Positions 19,416-30,432 of a stretch of DNA of 60,706 nt are shown piece after piece. The notes below the pieces were generated by a model. The model was not told the origin of the DNA and made no database searches. It was given only the letters and a program-made list of their open reading frames with translations. Source of the stretch: Cyanophyceae cyanobacterium (GTDB lineage Bacteria; Cyanobacteriota; Cyanobacteriia; Cyanobacteriales; Laspinemataceae); the NCBI GenBank assembly GCA_038321985.1, contig JBBQFN010000032.1, positions 1-60,706 on the forward strand. Direction: 5' to 3'. The translations under genes and the position numbers were made by a program. How positions within the stretch are numbered: position 1 is the stretch's first letter; each line of letters opens with the position of its first letter.

Positions 19416-19728
19416 ATCCAAGATCCGTTTCAGAGCTTCTATTACTCCTTACGAAATCTCAGATTTTTATCAGTTTAAAAAGTCAATAAAAATAATTAAT
19501 TATTCTTGTTTTTAAAAATATTTTTTTATACTTTCAAAGAAAATAACCCTAACAATAAAGAGAAATAACTTTTACAATAAAAGGGAAGGGAAGGGATACA
19601 TTGAAAGCGCCCCAAAATCCTTACGGTAAAGTGGTTTTCGATTTTTGATTCAGGGTAAGAATCAGAAGAAACTCTGAATTTAAGGCGCGCCATCTTTTAA
19701 AACCCCAGAAGAAAAATCAATACCTGTT

Positions 19729-19768
19729 GAGAGGACAAACCCCTCGGTGCTGAGGGGTAGAAACCTGT
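19729..19768. promoter_or_regulatory. Tandem HetR-like boxes upstream of patX
   Basis: GAGAGGACAAACCCCTC matches the hetP site GAGGGGTCTAACCCCTC at 14/17; GAGGGGTAGAAACCTGT matches at 11/17. Confidence 0.55.
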
Positions 19769-19874
19769 CAAAAATGCTACAATGCAATTATAATTTAAAA
19801 AAAATTTTAAGGAATGCTATTAACACTCCTTAAAAAAATCCAAAATTTGAGATTCAAAAGCTCAAATTTTAGGT

Positions 19875-20180
19875 TTATTTGCTGCCGTAGTAGAAAGCGA
19901 TTTCTTTCTCTTTTAAGGGAGCCAACTCAGCCTTGACGAGCATCTGGTTGAGTTCATCTTGAGCGATATGTTTGGCCCCGATGCGAACAATGCGCGATCG
20001 CATGGTATTGGAAACTCCGCTGCGCTGCCGTCCTGCCTCTAGTCCCATCACCTGATTATAAAGGTCGAGTTTGGCCTCGGGAATGGGAGAACCATCAAAG
20101 TCAATCCCCTGGGCGATCGCCACATCAATCGCATCTACGCCGGTGGTACTTTCCGCAACTGGCTTATTTTCGCTGGACAT
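19875..20180 (-). CDS. DUF4090 family protein
   Basis: GIDFDGSPIP...LEAGRQRSGVSNTMRSRIVRIGAKH. Confidence 0.85.
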   Translation of the reverse strand: MSSENKPVAESTTGVDAIDVAIAQGIDFDGSPIPEAKLDLYNQVMGLEAGRQRSGVSNTMRSRIVRIGAKHIAQDELNQMLVKAELAPLKEKEIAFYYGSK

Positions 20181-20247
20181 AAAAACTACACAGAAAAATT
20201 ACCCCAGCATTCTACCAAGTTCCGTCCCCTCCCATCGAACCGAGGAC

Positions 20248-21522
20248 TTACGGAGAAAAAGATTGAATAAAATTAAAGACTTGATGGGCTAATGAAAGCT
20301 TGCTACAGGGTGCGATCGCCTGTTGTCGTCCAGTCCTATCAATCAGGACTGCCTCATTGCTATCGCTGCCAAACCCGGCATTGGGGCGATCAATCGGATT
20401 CGCAACAATCACATCTAATTTCTTGGTCTGCAACTTCTCAATTGCTGGGGTGATGATATCCCCAGTTTGCGCCGCAAAGCCGATTAACCATTGATGGGAT
20501 TGCTTGCACTGGCCCAGTTGTGCGATGATATCTGGCACACTTTCTAAAGGCAAACTCAGGGGTAGCGATTTCTTCGGTAACTTGTGGGAATGAGACTGTA
20601 CCGGCCTAACATCCGCCACTGCTGCTGCCATCACCGTAATATCCGCCTGGGGAAAATATTCCAGCATTGCCTGCTGCATTTCCTCAGCGCAAGTCACCGG
20701 GATTACCTGAACTCCCTCTATCAATTCCTGGAAACCCTCGGACATTGCACCCGCGACGAGAGTAACCTGAGCACCCCGATGCAGGGCTGAAAGTGCTAAA
20801 GCAATGCCCATTTTTCCCGTAGCGGGATTGCCAATAAACCGGACTGGATCAAAATGCTCGCGGGTACTCCCGGCACTGATTAAGACCCGCTTCCCGGCTA
20901 AATCTTGTTTTCCCTGGGTGTGCAAGACCGATTCCAAGTGGGCTAAAATCCGCTCAGGTTCGGCCATGCGCCCAGTCCCGACGCGATCGCAAGCCAGCAG
21001 CCCCGACCCCGGGTTAATCCCCTGAAATCGAGACTGCTGAAGGACTTGTTGCCAGTTGCCTTGGGTCACCGACTGATTCCACATTTCCGTATTCATTGCT
21101 GGGGCCAGCAAGATTGGGCAAGTGGAAGCCAGGACCGTATTGGTGAGCAGGTTATCTGCCATTCCCGTTGCCAACTTCGCCAACGTATTCGCCGTCAGGG
21201 GGGAAATCACGAAAACTTCCGCCCATTCCCCGAGTTCGATGTGTAACGGTCTGTAGTGGACAGGTTCCCAGAAGGCAGAGTCGGTATAGGCAGGATGACG
21301 ACAAAGCGTCGTTACCGTCAAGGGGGTAATAAATTCCTGTGCACTGCCCGTCAGAATAGCTCGGACCTGCGCCCCAGCTTTCGCCAGGGTTGAGATGGCA
21401 TCACAAACTTTATAGGCGGCAATTCCGCCGGTGATGCCCAGCAAAATCCGTCTATTTTGAAAAGAAGAAGGCACGAGGAAGTTTCCCCCCTTGATGCCTG
21501 TAAAGTTACCGTCCTCGCTCAT
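20248..21522 (-). CDS. coaBC: Phosphopantothenoylcysteine decarboxylase/ligase
   Basis: [50 protein letters not shown]. Confidence 0.95.
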   Translation of the reverse strand: MSEDGNFTGIKGGNFLVPSSFQNRRILLGITGGIAAYKVCDAISTLAKAGAQVRAILTGSAQEFITPLTVTTLCRHPAYTDSAFWEPVHYRPLHIELGEWAEVFVISPLTANTLAKLATGMADNLLTNTVLASTCPILLAPAMNTEMWNQSVTQGNWQQVLQQSRFQGINPGSGLLACDRVGTGRMAEPERILAHLESVLHTQGKQDLAGKRVLISAGSTREHFDPVRFIGNPATGKMGIALALSALHRGAQVTLVAGAMSEGFQELIEGVQVIPVTCAEEMQQAMLEYFPQADITVMAAAVADVRPVQSHSHKLPKKSLPLSLPLESVPDIIAQLGQCKQSHQWLIGFAAQTGDIITPAIEKLQTKKLDVIVANPIDRPNAGFGSDSNEAVLIDRTGRQQAIAPCSKLSLAHQVFNFIQSFSP

Positions 21523-21543
21523 AGTTTGAGCTGATGCCAGAAG

Positions 21544-21771
21544 TTACCCTTCATCGTAAGGTTGCAAGTCCAACAAATAGATGTAAGGTTCAACGAGTTC
21601 TGGACGACGAAAGGCGATCGCACGTAGCAGATGCCAATCATTCAAGCCCTCAAACGGATCGGAATAATCATCTAGTTCTAGACGGATAGCGAGTGTCTCG
21701 ATATCAGCCTCCGTCATCGAAGTAATATCCCGAGTGGAAATGGTCGTCGTTCCCATCGTTCGCCCCTCCAT
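21544..21771 (-). CDS. DUF2555 family protein
   Basis: LAIRLELDDYSDPFEGLNDWHLLRAIAF; this family is usually found upstream of coaBC in cyanobacteria. Confidence 0.85.
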   Translation of the reverse strand: MEGRTMGTTTISTRDITSMTEADIETLAIRLELDDYSDPFEGLNDWHLLRAIAFRRPELVEPYIYLLDLQPYDEG

Positions 21772-21854
21772 TATGTATGAGCACTTGGATCTAGCAAAGC
21801 AAGCCCGCTACAAGAGTTAATTTTACCCTAATTGACGGGGTTGCAACACGAATC

Positions 21855-22532
21855 TTAAGGCTTATTCATATTAGTCGATTTTGATGAGGGAAAAATTTCT
21901 TGAATAAAGGTTTGCATCACCTCCATTTGTTCGGGAAGAATGGTGTGAGCCATGGGGAACTCCCGATATTGGACCGATACCCCTAATGCTTGAAATACTT
22001 GGCACACCTGATTAGCAGCGCTCAAGGGAACTACGGGGTCATCAGTGCCGTGCATGATTAAGGTAGGGGGGAGGCGATCGCCAGTGGGTTCGGGTTCGCC
22101 ATGTAAGTAACCACTCATGGACACTAAACCGGCTAAAGGTAAGCGCAATCCCACATCTAAAGTCATTGCACCCCCTTGGGAAAACCCACTCAACACCGTT
22201 CGGGAGAGGGGAACTGAGGTACTCGCTTCGAGTGATCGCAGCCAATCTATCAGTATTTCCTGGCTTTCTGGCAATTTTTGATAATCGGGAGTGTTGAGGT
22301 TGTACCACATTCTACCCCCAGGGACTTGGGGATGGGGAAACGGCGCATCGGCAAAGAGAAACAGGAAGTCGGGGAAGTTAAGCATCGACGCTAAGGGAGC
22401 CAAATCCTGGCTATTAGCACCCCATCCGTGGAGCATGACAATAATACCTGTGGGGGGTCCGTCGTGAGTGGGTGGAATGGCGATCGCTTCTAAAGACAAG
22501 GGGATTGTTCCTTCCATCTGAACATTTTGCAC
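21855..22532 (-). CDS. Phospholipase/carboxylesterase (alpha/beta hydrolase)
   Basis: LHGWG, GFSQGG, HGTDDPVV, MAHTI. Confidence 0.92.
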   Translation of the reverse strand: MQNVQMEGTIPLSLEAIAIPPTHDGPPTGIIVMLHGWGANSQDLAPLASMLNFPDFLFLFADAPFPHPQVPGGRMWYNLNTPDYQKLPESQEILIDWLRSLEASTSVPLSRTVLSGFSQGGAMTLDVGLRLPLAGLVSMSGYLHGEPEPTGDRLPPTLIMHGTDDPVVPLSAANQVCQVFQALGVSVQYREFPMAHTILPEQMEVMQTFIQEIFPSSKSTNMNKP

Positions 22533-22678
22533 CCTCTATATTAATATTCTCCAGGGCGATCGGGGCTTTGGATGGCCTGACGCTCCCCCTTTAGGAGTTG
22601 CGATCGCAATTTGCTGAGATATCCCGGCGATCGCTCAGAAAACCTTCTTACCACTCTCCTATGCTCCTGCTCCTATGT

Positions 22679-22704
22679 GACACATCGTCCGTAGACACAT
22701 CGTT
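22679..22704 (+). promoter_or_regulatory. C-box-like operator pair for the controller protein
   Basis: GAC-ACATC-GTC-CGTA-GAC-ACATC-GTT, ending 22 bp before the controller ATG. Confidence 0.7.
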
Positions 22705-22726
22705 TACAAATCTTGAAAATCGTTAA

Positions 22727-22975
22727 ATGAATCAATCGAGAAGTGTAATTCTTCTGGCCTTGGGAAAAATTGTCAAGGACCGTCGGACAGAGCTAAGAAT
22801 TTCACAAGAGGAACTCGGATTTCGTGCCAACTTGGATCGAACTTATATTTCGGGAATTGAACGGGGTGTGAGAAATCCCTCTTTAACTGCTCTTGTCAGT
22901 TTGGCAAAGGGTCTGAGTTTAACAGTATCGGCTCTTCTCGATGGACTAGAACTGGAAGCTGATGAGATAGAATGA
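22727..22975 (+). CDS. XRE HTH controller (C) protein of the R-M system
   Basis: SQEELGFRANLDRTYISGIERGVRNPSL; ATGA overlap with the next gene. Confidence 0.88.
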   Translation: MNQSRSVILLALGKIVKDRRTELRISQEELGFRANLDRTYISGIERGVRNPSLTALVSLAKGLSLTVSALLDGLELEADEIE

Positions 22976-23697
22976 ACCCAGAAGACTTACCCTTTACAAT
23001 TATAAACCACTTCCGCACAAACTCCACCCAAAGAAAAGTATTTGACCTTTTAGCAGATCAAAAATGGCATTGCCGAAAATGTGAAGGGAGCCAAATTGGA
23101 TCGGGACAATATGCCGGAGGGGGTGGAATTCAGGGATTACAACGGGGAACAAAAAGTCGGCCAGGGTTAATCATTGAAACCAAGAGTAAATATTGTCAAA
23201 GTTGTAATTCTAATCAACTACAAGACCGTTGGACAGGAGAGATTCAAGAGGCAAACGCTTCTACGACTATCCCAGTTAAACTCGCCATCAAAATATTTGA
23301 ACTCTATTCTTACACTGATGTAATAGAACAAAGAAAACGTTCGGTTCACGAACTTGTAATCGATCATCGCTTTCCTATGGAGCGGTGGGGAGATACTGAA
23401 CCTCCTCATAACTCTGAAATGACCCCAGCCGAGATCCAGCAAAAATTCCAGTTACTCAAAAAAGATAGTGCTGGTAACCATAATCTTTTAAAATCTAGAA
23501 GTTGTGAACGCTGCATCAAAACCAACAAACGGGGGACTCCTTTAGGTATCAAATTCTATTACCAAGGAGATGAAAATTGGCCTGCCGATGTCCCGGCAAA
23601 AGGGAGGGATGCTGAAAGAGGTTGCGTGGGATGCGGCTGGTATAATTTTAAAACTTGGCGAGACCGGCTCAATCAAGAACTAGCTCAGGCTGATTAA
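22972..23697 (+). CDS. Putative type II restriction endonuclease (HNH-like, Cys-rich; possibly NspI-like)
   Basis: VIDHRFP...NHNLLKSRSCERC with several CxxC pairs; lies between the C gene and the MTase. Confidence 0.75.
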   Translation: MNPEDLPFTIINHFRTNSTQRKVFDLLADQKWHCRKCEGSQIGSGQYAGGGGIQGLQRGTKSRPGLIIETKSKYCQSCNSNQLQDRWTGEIQEANASTTIPVKLAIKIFELYSYTDVIEQRKRSVHELVIDHRFPMERWGDTEPPHNSEMTPAEIQQKFQLLKKDSAGNHNLLKSRSCERCIKTNKRGTPLGIKFYYQGDENWPADVPAKGRDAERGCVGCGWYNFKTWRDRLNQELAQAD

Positions 23698-23711
23698 CCA
23701 GTAGCAAGGCT

Positions 23712-24863
23712 TTAGGTGGGGGAATTTTGATTTTTGATTTGGTTTAGATAGGGAATAAGCGCGTAACCAATCGATTCCGCTAAACGAGGGGGAACGGCAT
23801 TCCCGATTTGCCACATTACTTTCTTCATAGACCCTTCAAAAATAAATGAATCTGGAAAACTTTGCAATCTTGCCATTTCTCGGGCTGAAATTACACGGTT
23901 AAGATGGGGATGAATATGGGTGCCACCATGATTTTCTTTAACTGTCATACTAGGTTTGCCTGGATACTGTCGTTTAAACGCATCAACATAACTTTCGTAT
24001 AATGACCCCCCAGGAGGAACTTTTGCAATTCGTTCCATATATTCGGATGAATGGCGAGTCCACTCATGATTAATTTCGGGAATTCGGGTATATTCGGGAA
24101 GATCAGAAATTGCCGACTCGATCGTTTTGTACTGTTCCGAGGTTAATTGAGGCTTAGGATAGGGGTTAGGCATTCCAAATCTGTTGGCGATGAAAATAGC
24201 ACGGGGGCGAATCTGCGGAACTCCGTAATCAGCCGCTTCAAGGATGGCGATTGACACATTGGAATAACCGATTGCCTCAAGTGCTTCACAAATGGCTCGT
24301 TTTATCGCTCCTTGCTCAAGGGTGAGAATTCCGGGTACATTTTCGATCACGACATACCAGGGGCGTATTTGTGAAACCACCTTTACAAATTCTTGAAATA
24401 AACGATTTCTCGGATCGTTAGGGTTCCGTTTCCCAGCTACTGAAAAACCTTGACAAGGCGGACCTCCGACAATTAAATGGACTTCAGAAGAATTAATATT
24501 ATTCAAAAATACACCGGGAAAAAAATTTTCTATTTCTCCGCAAAAGTGATTGCAGTGGGGAAAATTCCTCTGGTAAGTTGCAGAAGCAATTGGGTTCACT
24601 TCTACACTAGCTAGGGGATTAAAACCAGCTTGAACTAAGCCTTGAGTCATTCCTCCAGCACCGCAAAACAGATCCACAAATAAATACTGACAATCAGGTA
24701 TCACAGCCAATTCTAGGTCTACAAATATTTTGTATGGATCGGCTTCACTAAATTTTAATTCGCGTTGAAGCCGCTCATATCGCCGCAATTTGGCTGTCTT
24801 TTCTTTTTTATTAGGAGTTATAGGATCTAATTTAGGCCACAAAGAGAGTTGAATTTCTTCCAT
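23712..24863 (-). CDS. C5 DNA cytosine methyltransferase
   Basis: DLFCGAGG, GGPPCQGFS, IENVPG, PQIRPR, REMARLQSFP, QIGNAVPP. Confidence 0.96.
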   Translation of the reverse strand: MEEIQLSLWPKLDPITPNKKEKTAKLRRYERLQRELKFSEADPYKIFVDLELAVIPDCQYLFVDLFCGAGGMTQGLVQAGFNPLASVEVNPIASATYQRNFPHCNHFCGEIENFFPGVFLNNINSSEVHLIVGGPPCQGFSVAGKRNPNDPRNRLFQEFVKVVSQIRPWYVVIENVPGILTLEQGAIKRAICEALEAIGYSNVSIAILEAADYGVPQIRPRAIFIANRFGMPNPYPKPQLTSEQYKTIESAISDLPEYTRIPEINHEWTRHSSEYMERIAKVPPGGSLYESYVDAFKRQYPGKPSMTVKENHGGTHIHPHLNRVISAREMARLQSFPDSFIFEGSMKKVMWQIGNAVPPRLAESIGYALIPYLNQIKNQNSPT

Positions 24864-25186
24864 AATTTTTCAGCATTTTTATGTCAATTAAATCTTTACA
24901 TTTTTTGGATTTTAAGTCAAGCAAAAATTATAAAAAATTTATCAATATTGGGGTAGTTTATAAAAATTAGGGTAGAGTCTATTGCACCGGCTGAGGGTAG
25001 GTTGCCAAGAAGGAAAGATGAACGGACGCTTAAGGGGTGGTAATAAGCGAACTATCCCTACTGTCTGTGTTTAATTTAGGACACTTACACGTTGAAGAAA
25101 GTAAAGAGGGGTAAACACCGCTAACGGATTGCCTTTAAAAGATACTAAATCACTGATACTGCGCGTAAGTTTTATTATGCAAGCGG

Positions 25187-28100
25187 TCAGTTTGACTCCA
25201 CCGCCTTAGAGGCAGAGTCTACCCTCTCGCGTTCTGGATTTTTCGGGAGAGAAAAATAAAAGGTAGCTCCGATATTGACCTCACCTTCGGCCCAGGTACG
25301 GCCCCCGTGACGATGGATGATCCGCCGCACATTGGCTAAACCGATTCCGGTCCCTACAAAATCGGGATTGCTATGCAACCGTTGAAAGACACCAAAAAGT
25401 TTGTGAGCGTAGCGCATATCAAATCCAATGCCATTATCGCGCACAAAAAAGATGTAGTCTTGATCGCTGGAATCAAAACCCACGGCAATTTCAGCCGACT
25501 CACATCGCTGGGTGTACTTGATCGCATTGTCCAAAAGATTTTGGATGACCAATCGTAACATGGTCGGTTCCCCTTCAACCGGAGTTAATGGGGTGATATC
25601 CCAGATAATTTTGCGATCGCCACTGTGTATTTCCAATGTTTGCCTCACTTCTTGCACCAGCTGATTCATATCAACCTTAATGAAGCGCATCTCCAACCGT
25701 GCCATCCGCGAAAACGCTAACAAATTATCAATTAACTCTTCTGCTTGACGGGTACTCTGGGCAATAATATTGAGATAGCGTTGACTATTCTCATCCAGAG
25801 ATGGCTCAATCCGTTTGCGGAGCAAATTGACAAACCCGCTAATATGTCGCAGGGGAGCACGCAAATCGTGGGAAACTGAATACGCAAAGGATTCGAGTTC
25901 CTGATTTGCCGCTTCAAGTTGGGCGGTTCGTTCCTGAACTCGTCGTTCGAGACTAGCATTAAGACGCGTAATTTCATTTTCATAAATTTTGCGATCGCTA
26001 ATATCCGTACAAGAGCCAACATATCCCTCAAACTGTCCATCTGGGGAAAAGCGAGGTACTGCTCGATCTAAAACCCACCGATATTCCCCGTCGTACCGTC
26101 GCAGACGATATTCCATCTCAAAGGGTTGGCGCAGGTCAAAAGCATTACTATAGGTCTCAAAGCAAAATTGGAGGTCGTCAGGATGCACTCCTTCAACCCA
26201 GCCATTGCCCATTTCTTCTTCTAAAGTTCTCCCCGTAAACTCTAACCAGGGTTTATTAAAGTAATAACACAACTTATCTGTTCCCGAGAGCCAAATATAA
26301 ACCGGCGCAGCATCGGCCATTGTCCGAAACCGTTGTTCACTTTCGAGTAAGGCAAATTGAGCCTGTTTGCGATCGGTGATGTCATAAAATGTCACCACTG
26401 CGGCCACTATTTTGCAGTCGCCATTGCGAATAGGACCGGCGTTAGCAAGGACGGTTACGCGGGTCCCATCGGCACGGTGGATTTCAATTTCTTCTGCGGC
26501 AATGACCTCTCCAGTCTCTAGCGATCGCGCTAAGGGTAACTCTGCGGGTTCGTAGGGTCTGCCGTCGGGGTGAAAAAATAGGTAGGGAGCTTGAAGATAA
26601 TTCGGGAGCGTGATCAGGGGGTTCCGGGAAATACCAAAAATGTCGCGGACTTGGTGATTCATTAAGACTAACCGCCCCGAGGGGGCTTCCGCCACAACTG
26701 CACCGGCAGGCATTTGCTGCAAAACGGCACTTAGGAGTTGTTGTTGGGATTCGAGGTCGGCTAGCAGCCGATCTCGCTCCTCCTGAGTTCGCTTTTGCTC
26801 GGTGATATCCAGGGAAATTCCGGCCAGCAAGCGTCTTCCCGAGGGTTCTATCATAGGGAATTTCCACGAAATCCAATAATGCCTCCCGTCCGGGTGTTCA
26901 GCGGTTTCTAAAAATTCTAGGGCCTGGTCAGTTTCCCATACGCTGGCATCATGAGCTTGCAATTTTTCGGCGGCTTTTAAGGGAAAGAGGTCCAGGTCGG
27001 TTTGACCGACCCATTCTTCCAAGGGGCGGTCCCACAGCCGTTCTACCATAGGATTGACATAAATATAGCGTCCGGCTTCGTCTTTAAAGTAAGCCGCTAT
27101 GGGGCTATAGTTCATAAAGGTCTCGAATCGCTGTTGAGTCTGTCGCAGGGAGGCTTCGGTTTGCTTGCGATCGCTGATGTCCATTGCAATTCCCGTGATT
27201 CGGACGGCTTTGCCACTGCCATCTTTAAAGACTCGTCCTTTACCTAATATCCAGCGCATCTCCTCCGGTGAGGACTGAATGCGAAATTCTAAGCTGTAGA
27301 GGGTGGTTTCTGCCACGGCATGGGCGATCGCGGCTTGGACTCGTTCCCGGTCCTCGGGATGAACGAGTTTTAAAAACCCATCAAATGTCCCCTCTAACTG
27401 ACCCGGACTCAACCCATAGATTTCTTCCAGATTGTCTGATCTAACGATCTGGTTGGTGAGAAGATTCCAATCCCAAAATCCCATTGTTCCGGCTTCTAAA
27501 GAGAGTTGGAGACGTTCTTGGGTTTGTTGGCGATCGGTGACATCGGTCAGCATCAGATGGGTCCCCTGAAACTGACCCTGGTCATCAAAAATAGAATTCA
27601 TGGAGACGATCGCCCAGATCAAGGACTGATCTGAACGGCGAAATCGCCCATCCCATTGCTTAGGGTATCCGGGATAGGGTTGGGTCAGATTCTGGTATCC
27701 TTCAGGGCAATCTCCCTGGTCAAACCACTCAAAAAATGAGCGATCGAGCATAAATTCGGGAGAACAGCCCAGCATTTGAGCCATCCGCTGATTCACATAG
27801 CGGGTTCGTCCTGCCTCATCCAAAATCCAGATGCCTTCCGACGCGGTTTCGACAATCCGACGATAGCGTTCTTCACTCTCTTGTAGCTGATTCAAGCTGA
27901 TTTCTAACTGTCGTTTTGTCTGATGGAGTTTGTTGTTGAGCTTGGCGATCGCCAGGGTAACTAAGATAAACAACCCCATTCGCAACAGGTTGGTTCCATT
28001 GAGCGGGGTTAAGCTATGGACGGGAACGAGTACAAAATAGTCCAGGGCTAACACAGAGAGTACCGTTGTCACCAGTCCTGGACCTATTCCCTCATACCAA

Positions 28101-28249
28101 GTTATCCCCGTCACGGCTACAAAAAAGAACACAAACAGGGTTGAAGTCAGGAGGGGTTTGAATGCCAGGGTCAGGAGTAAGGCAATGATGACCGTTAAGA
28201 CAGCAGCGCTATAGGAAAAAACTGGCGATCGGCGGATGAGTCGAAGCAT
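25187..28249 (-). CDS. Membrane multi-PAS sensor histidine kinase
   Basis: N-terminal TM region (DUF4118-like), about five PAS/PAC domains, SVSHDLRAPL H-box, NLLDNAIKY, DNGIG, GTGIGL. Confidence 0.95.
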   Translation of the reverse strand: MLRLIRRSPVFSYSAAVLTVIIALLLTLAFKPLLTSTLFVFFFVAVTGITWYEGIGPGLVTTVLSVLALDYFVLVPVHSLTPLNGTNLLRMGLFILVTLAIAKLNNKLHQTKRQLEISLNQLQESEERYRRIVETASEGIWILDEAGRTRYVNQRMAQMLGCSPEFMLDRSFFEWFDQGDCPEGYQNLTQPYPGYPKQWDGRFRRSDQSLIWAIVSMNSIFDDQGQFQGTHLMLTDVTDRQQTQERLQLSLEAGTMGFWDWNLLTNQIVRSDNLEEIYGLSPGQLEGTFDGFLKLVHPEDRERVQAAIAHAVAETTLYSLEFRIQSSPEEMRWILGKGRVFKDGSGKAVRITGIAMDISDRKQTEASLRQTQQRFETFMNYSPIAAYFKDEAGRYIYVNPMVERLWDRPLEEWVGQTDLDLFPLKAAEKLQAHDASVWETDQALEFLETAEHPDGRHYWISWKFPMIEPSGRRLLAGISLDITEQKRTQEERDRLLADLESQQQLLSAVLQQMPAGAVVAEAPSGRLVLMNHQVRDIFGISRNPLITLPNYLQAPYLFFHPDGRPYEPAELPLARSLETGEVIAAEEIEIHRADGTRVTVLANAGPIRNGDCKIVAAVVTFYDITDRKQAQFALLESEQRFRTMADAAPVYIWLSGTDKLCYYFNKPWLEFTGRTLEEEMGNGWVEGVHPDDLQFCFETYSNAFDLRQPFEMEYRLRRYDGEYRWVLDRAVPRFSPDGQFEGYVGSCTDISDRKIYENEITRLNASLERRVQERTAQLEAANQELESFAYSVSHDLRAPLRHISGFVNLLRKRIEPSLDENSQRYLNIIAQSTRQAEELIDNLLAFSRMARLEMRFIKVDMNQLVQEVRQTLEIHSGDRKIIWDITPLTPVEGEPTMLRLVIQNLLDNAIKYTQRCESAEIAVGFDSSDQDYIFFVRDNGIGFDMRYAHKLFGVFQRLHSNPDFVGTGIGLANVRRIIHRHGGRTWAEGEVNIGATFYFSLPKNPERERVDSASKAVESN

Positions 28250-28400
28250 TGAAACTCTTTACATTGCTAGAAAGGGAGGTTGCTCAAAAATCGATAGATT
28301 TAAAGTAACAATTAAAGAGTGCATTCTTACCCAATTGCCTGGATTAGTAAATCCCTTGGATCTGTAGAGAGGGAAAATTTCCCGGTTCGCCAGACCTGGA

Positions 28401-30200
28401 TTACCCTTGTCCCTTAAAGCCATAAATGACCTGGAGATGCAAGCTAGGGGAAAGTTCCGATGGCATTTTGCTTAGGGGGAACATCTGACGCTGGAGTTGT
28501 ACCCCCAGATTAGTCAAAGGATCAACCCCAGTAGAAATTAGGAACTGAAGTTGATCAATATCCGGCCAAAGGAGGAGGTGATCGAGAATCCGAAAAGTAG
28601 CCTGCACATAGGGATGTTCGGCATGGGTAAACCAATCCGTTGTCGCTAAATGAGCTTGATCGAATCCCAGGTGAAAGGTTAACTGGGGTTTGCCAAATAA
28701 GGCCACGGTGACGGGTCGTTTTTCCTCTTGCAATACTAGATGATGTTCATCGGCGAGTTCGCGGATTTTTTCTAAATGTTGATACCAGGCTTGAACCTGG
28801 GCCGGAGGATCCTGCTCTGTATCCGGTTCTTGCCAGTTGATTGCCACAGTAACCAGATAGGTTTGTAAGAGCATATGCCCTAATTTTTCCGCCTTGGTTG
28901 CCAAATAGGTACAGTTGAATGAATTGGACTCAATCAACAAAGGAACGCGATCGGCCATCTCTATCCCATATCCTTTTAATCCGGCAATCTTACGGGGATT
29001 ATTGGTAATCAGGCGAATTTTGCTGACCCCCAAATCATTGAGAATTTGCGCCCCTACCCCATAGTTTCGCAGATCGGCGGGAAAGCCTAAACGCTCGTTT
29101 GCCTCTACGGTATCCAGGCCCATATCTTGCAAAGAATACGCCTTGAGTTTATTAATTAGCCCAATTCCTCGTCCTTCTTGACGCAGGTACACCACCACTC
29201 CCTCCCCGGCATTTTCGATCATTTTCAGGGCAGCTTGGAGTTGCATTCGACAGTCGCAGCGCAAGGAACCGAGGGCATCCCCAGTCAAACATTCAGAATG
29301 AACCCGGACCATGACGGGCTTATTGGTAAAATTGGCCGGGTCTCCCTTGACGATCGCCACGTGGTCTTTATTGTCTAGGGTGTTGCGATAGGCGTAGATT
29401 TGGAACTGGCCGAATTCTGTAGGTAATGCGGCAACGGTTTCCCGAATCACAAACCGCTCATGTTGGAGGCGATAAGCGATTAAATCGGCTATGCTGATCA
29501 TCTTCAGGTTATATTTGGCAGCATATTCGACGAGTTCCGGCAACCGCGCCATTGAGCCATCGGCATTCTGAATTTCGCAGATGACTCCGGCTGGATACAG
29601 TCCGGCTAGTTCACTTAGATCTACTGCGGCTTCTGTATGGCCCGCGCGTTTGAGGACCCCACCCGACCGGGCGCGCAGGGGGAAAATATGACCGGGACGG
29701 CGCAAATCCCGGGGTTTGGTGTTGGGATTAATGGCAATCTGAATGGTACGGGCGCGGTCCTCGGCAGAAATGCCCGTGGTGACTCCTTGACGAGGGCAGG
29801 CATCAATACTGACGGTGAAGGCAGTCTGGTTGGTGTCGGTGTTGGTGGTTACCATTAAGGGTAGGTCGAGCTGATCCAGGCGATCGCCGGTCATCGCCAG
29901 ACAAATCAACCCCCGACCATTCACTGCCATGAAATTTATGATCTCCGGTGTCACGAACTGAGCCGCACAGATCAGATCTCCTTCATTTTCCCGGTTTTCA
30001 TCATCGACGACGATAATTGAGCGTCCTGCTTCAATTTCAGCGAGGGCGTCCTCTATCGAGTCAAACTTAAACGATTGTTTTGCGGCGTTTTCTGGCAATT
30101 CCACAGATAAAATCTTTCGCGTAAATGTAATGTTTTGATTTAGGCTAACTGAGTTTATTGTAGCCGGTTTCCGGACGGGAAATTGTGGAGTGATTGCCAC
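28401..30200 (-). CDS. ribBA: DHBP synthase / GTP cyclohydrolase II; start likely GTG ~30104
   Basis: [49 protein letters not shown], plus the cyanobacterial C-terminal extension. Confidence 0.95.
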   Translation of the reverse strand: MAITPQFPVRKPATINSVSLNQNITFTRKILSVELPENAAKQSFKFDSIEDALAEIEAGRSIIVVDDENRENEGDLICAAQFVTPEIINFMAVNGRGLICLAMTGDRLDQLDLPLMVTTNTDTNQTAFTVSIDACPRQGVTTGISAEDRARTIQIAINPNTKPRDLRRPGHIFPLRARSGGVLKRAGHTEAAVDLSELAGLYPAGVICEIQNADGSMARLPELVEYAAKYNLKMISIADLIAYRLQHERFVIRETVAALPTEFGQFQIYAYRNTLDNKDHVAIVKGDPANFTNKPVMVRVHSECLTGDALGSLRCDCRMQLQAALKMIENAGEGVVVYLRQEGRGIGLINKLKAYSLQDMGLDTVEANERLGFPADLRNYGVGAQILNDLGVSKIRLITNNPRKIAGLKGYGIEMADRVPLLIESNSFNCTYLATKAEKLGHMLLQTYLVTVAINWQEPDTEQDPPAQVQAWYQHLEKIRELADEHHLVLQEEKRPVTVALFGKPQLTFHLGFDQAHLATTDWFTHAEHPYVQATFRILDHLLLWPDIDQLQFLISTGVDPLTNLGVQLQRQMFPLSKMPSELSPSLHLQVIYGFKGQG

Positions 30201-30432
30201 GGAGCATCATAAAAGTCAACCGCAGACCTCAGCCCCCCTTGCCCTGTGCCTGGGGGAGGGCAACCGGAGAAAGCCGCACAAAAGCCGAGGGCGTGGGGTT
30301 TCGAGGGTTTTAGGTAAAAAACCTAGAGGGGTCAGGTTGAAGGCCCAGGGAATCGGAATTTCTGGGGCGATCGCGTTATGATAGCCGTTAGGTGAACACG
30401 AACACTTGATCGATTGGATAGGATATTAGCTT

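Noticed and set aside
19430..19470. DIF1 motif at the patX promoter
   Set aside because: Best match TCTGAG is too far from TCCGGA to call.
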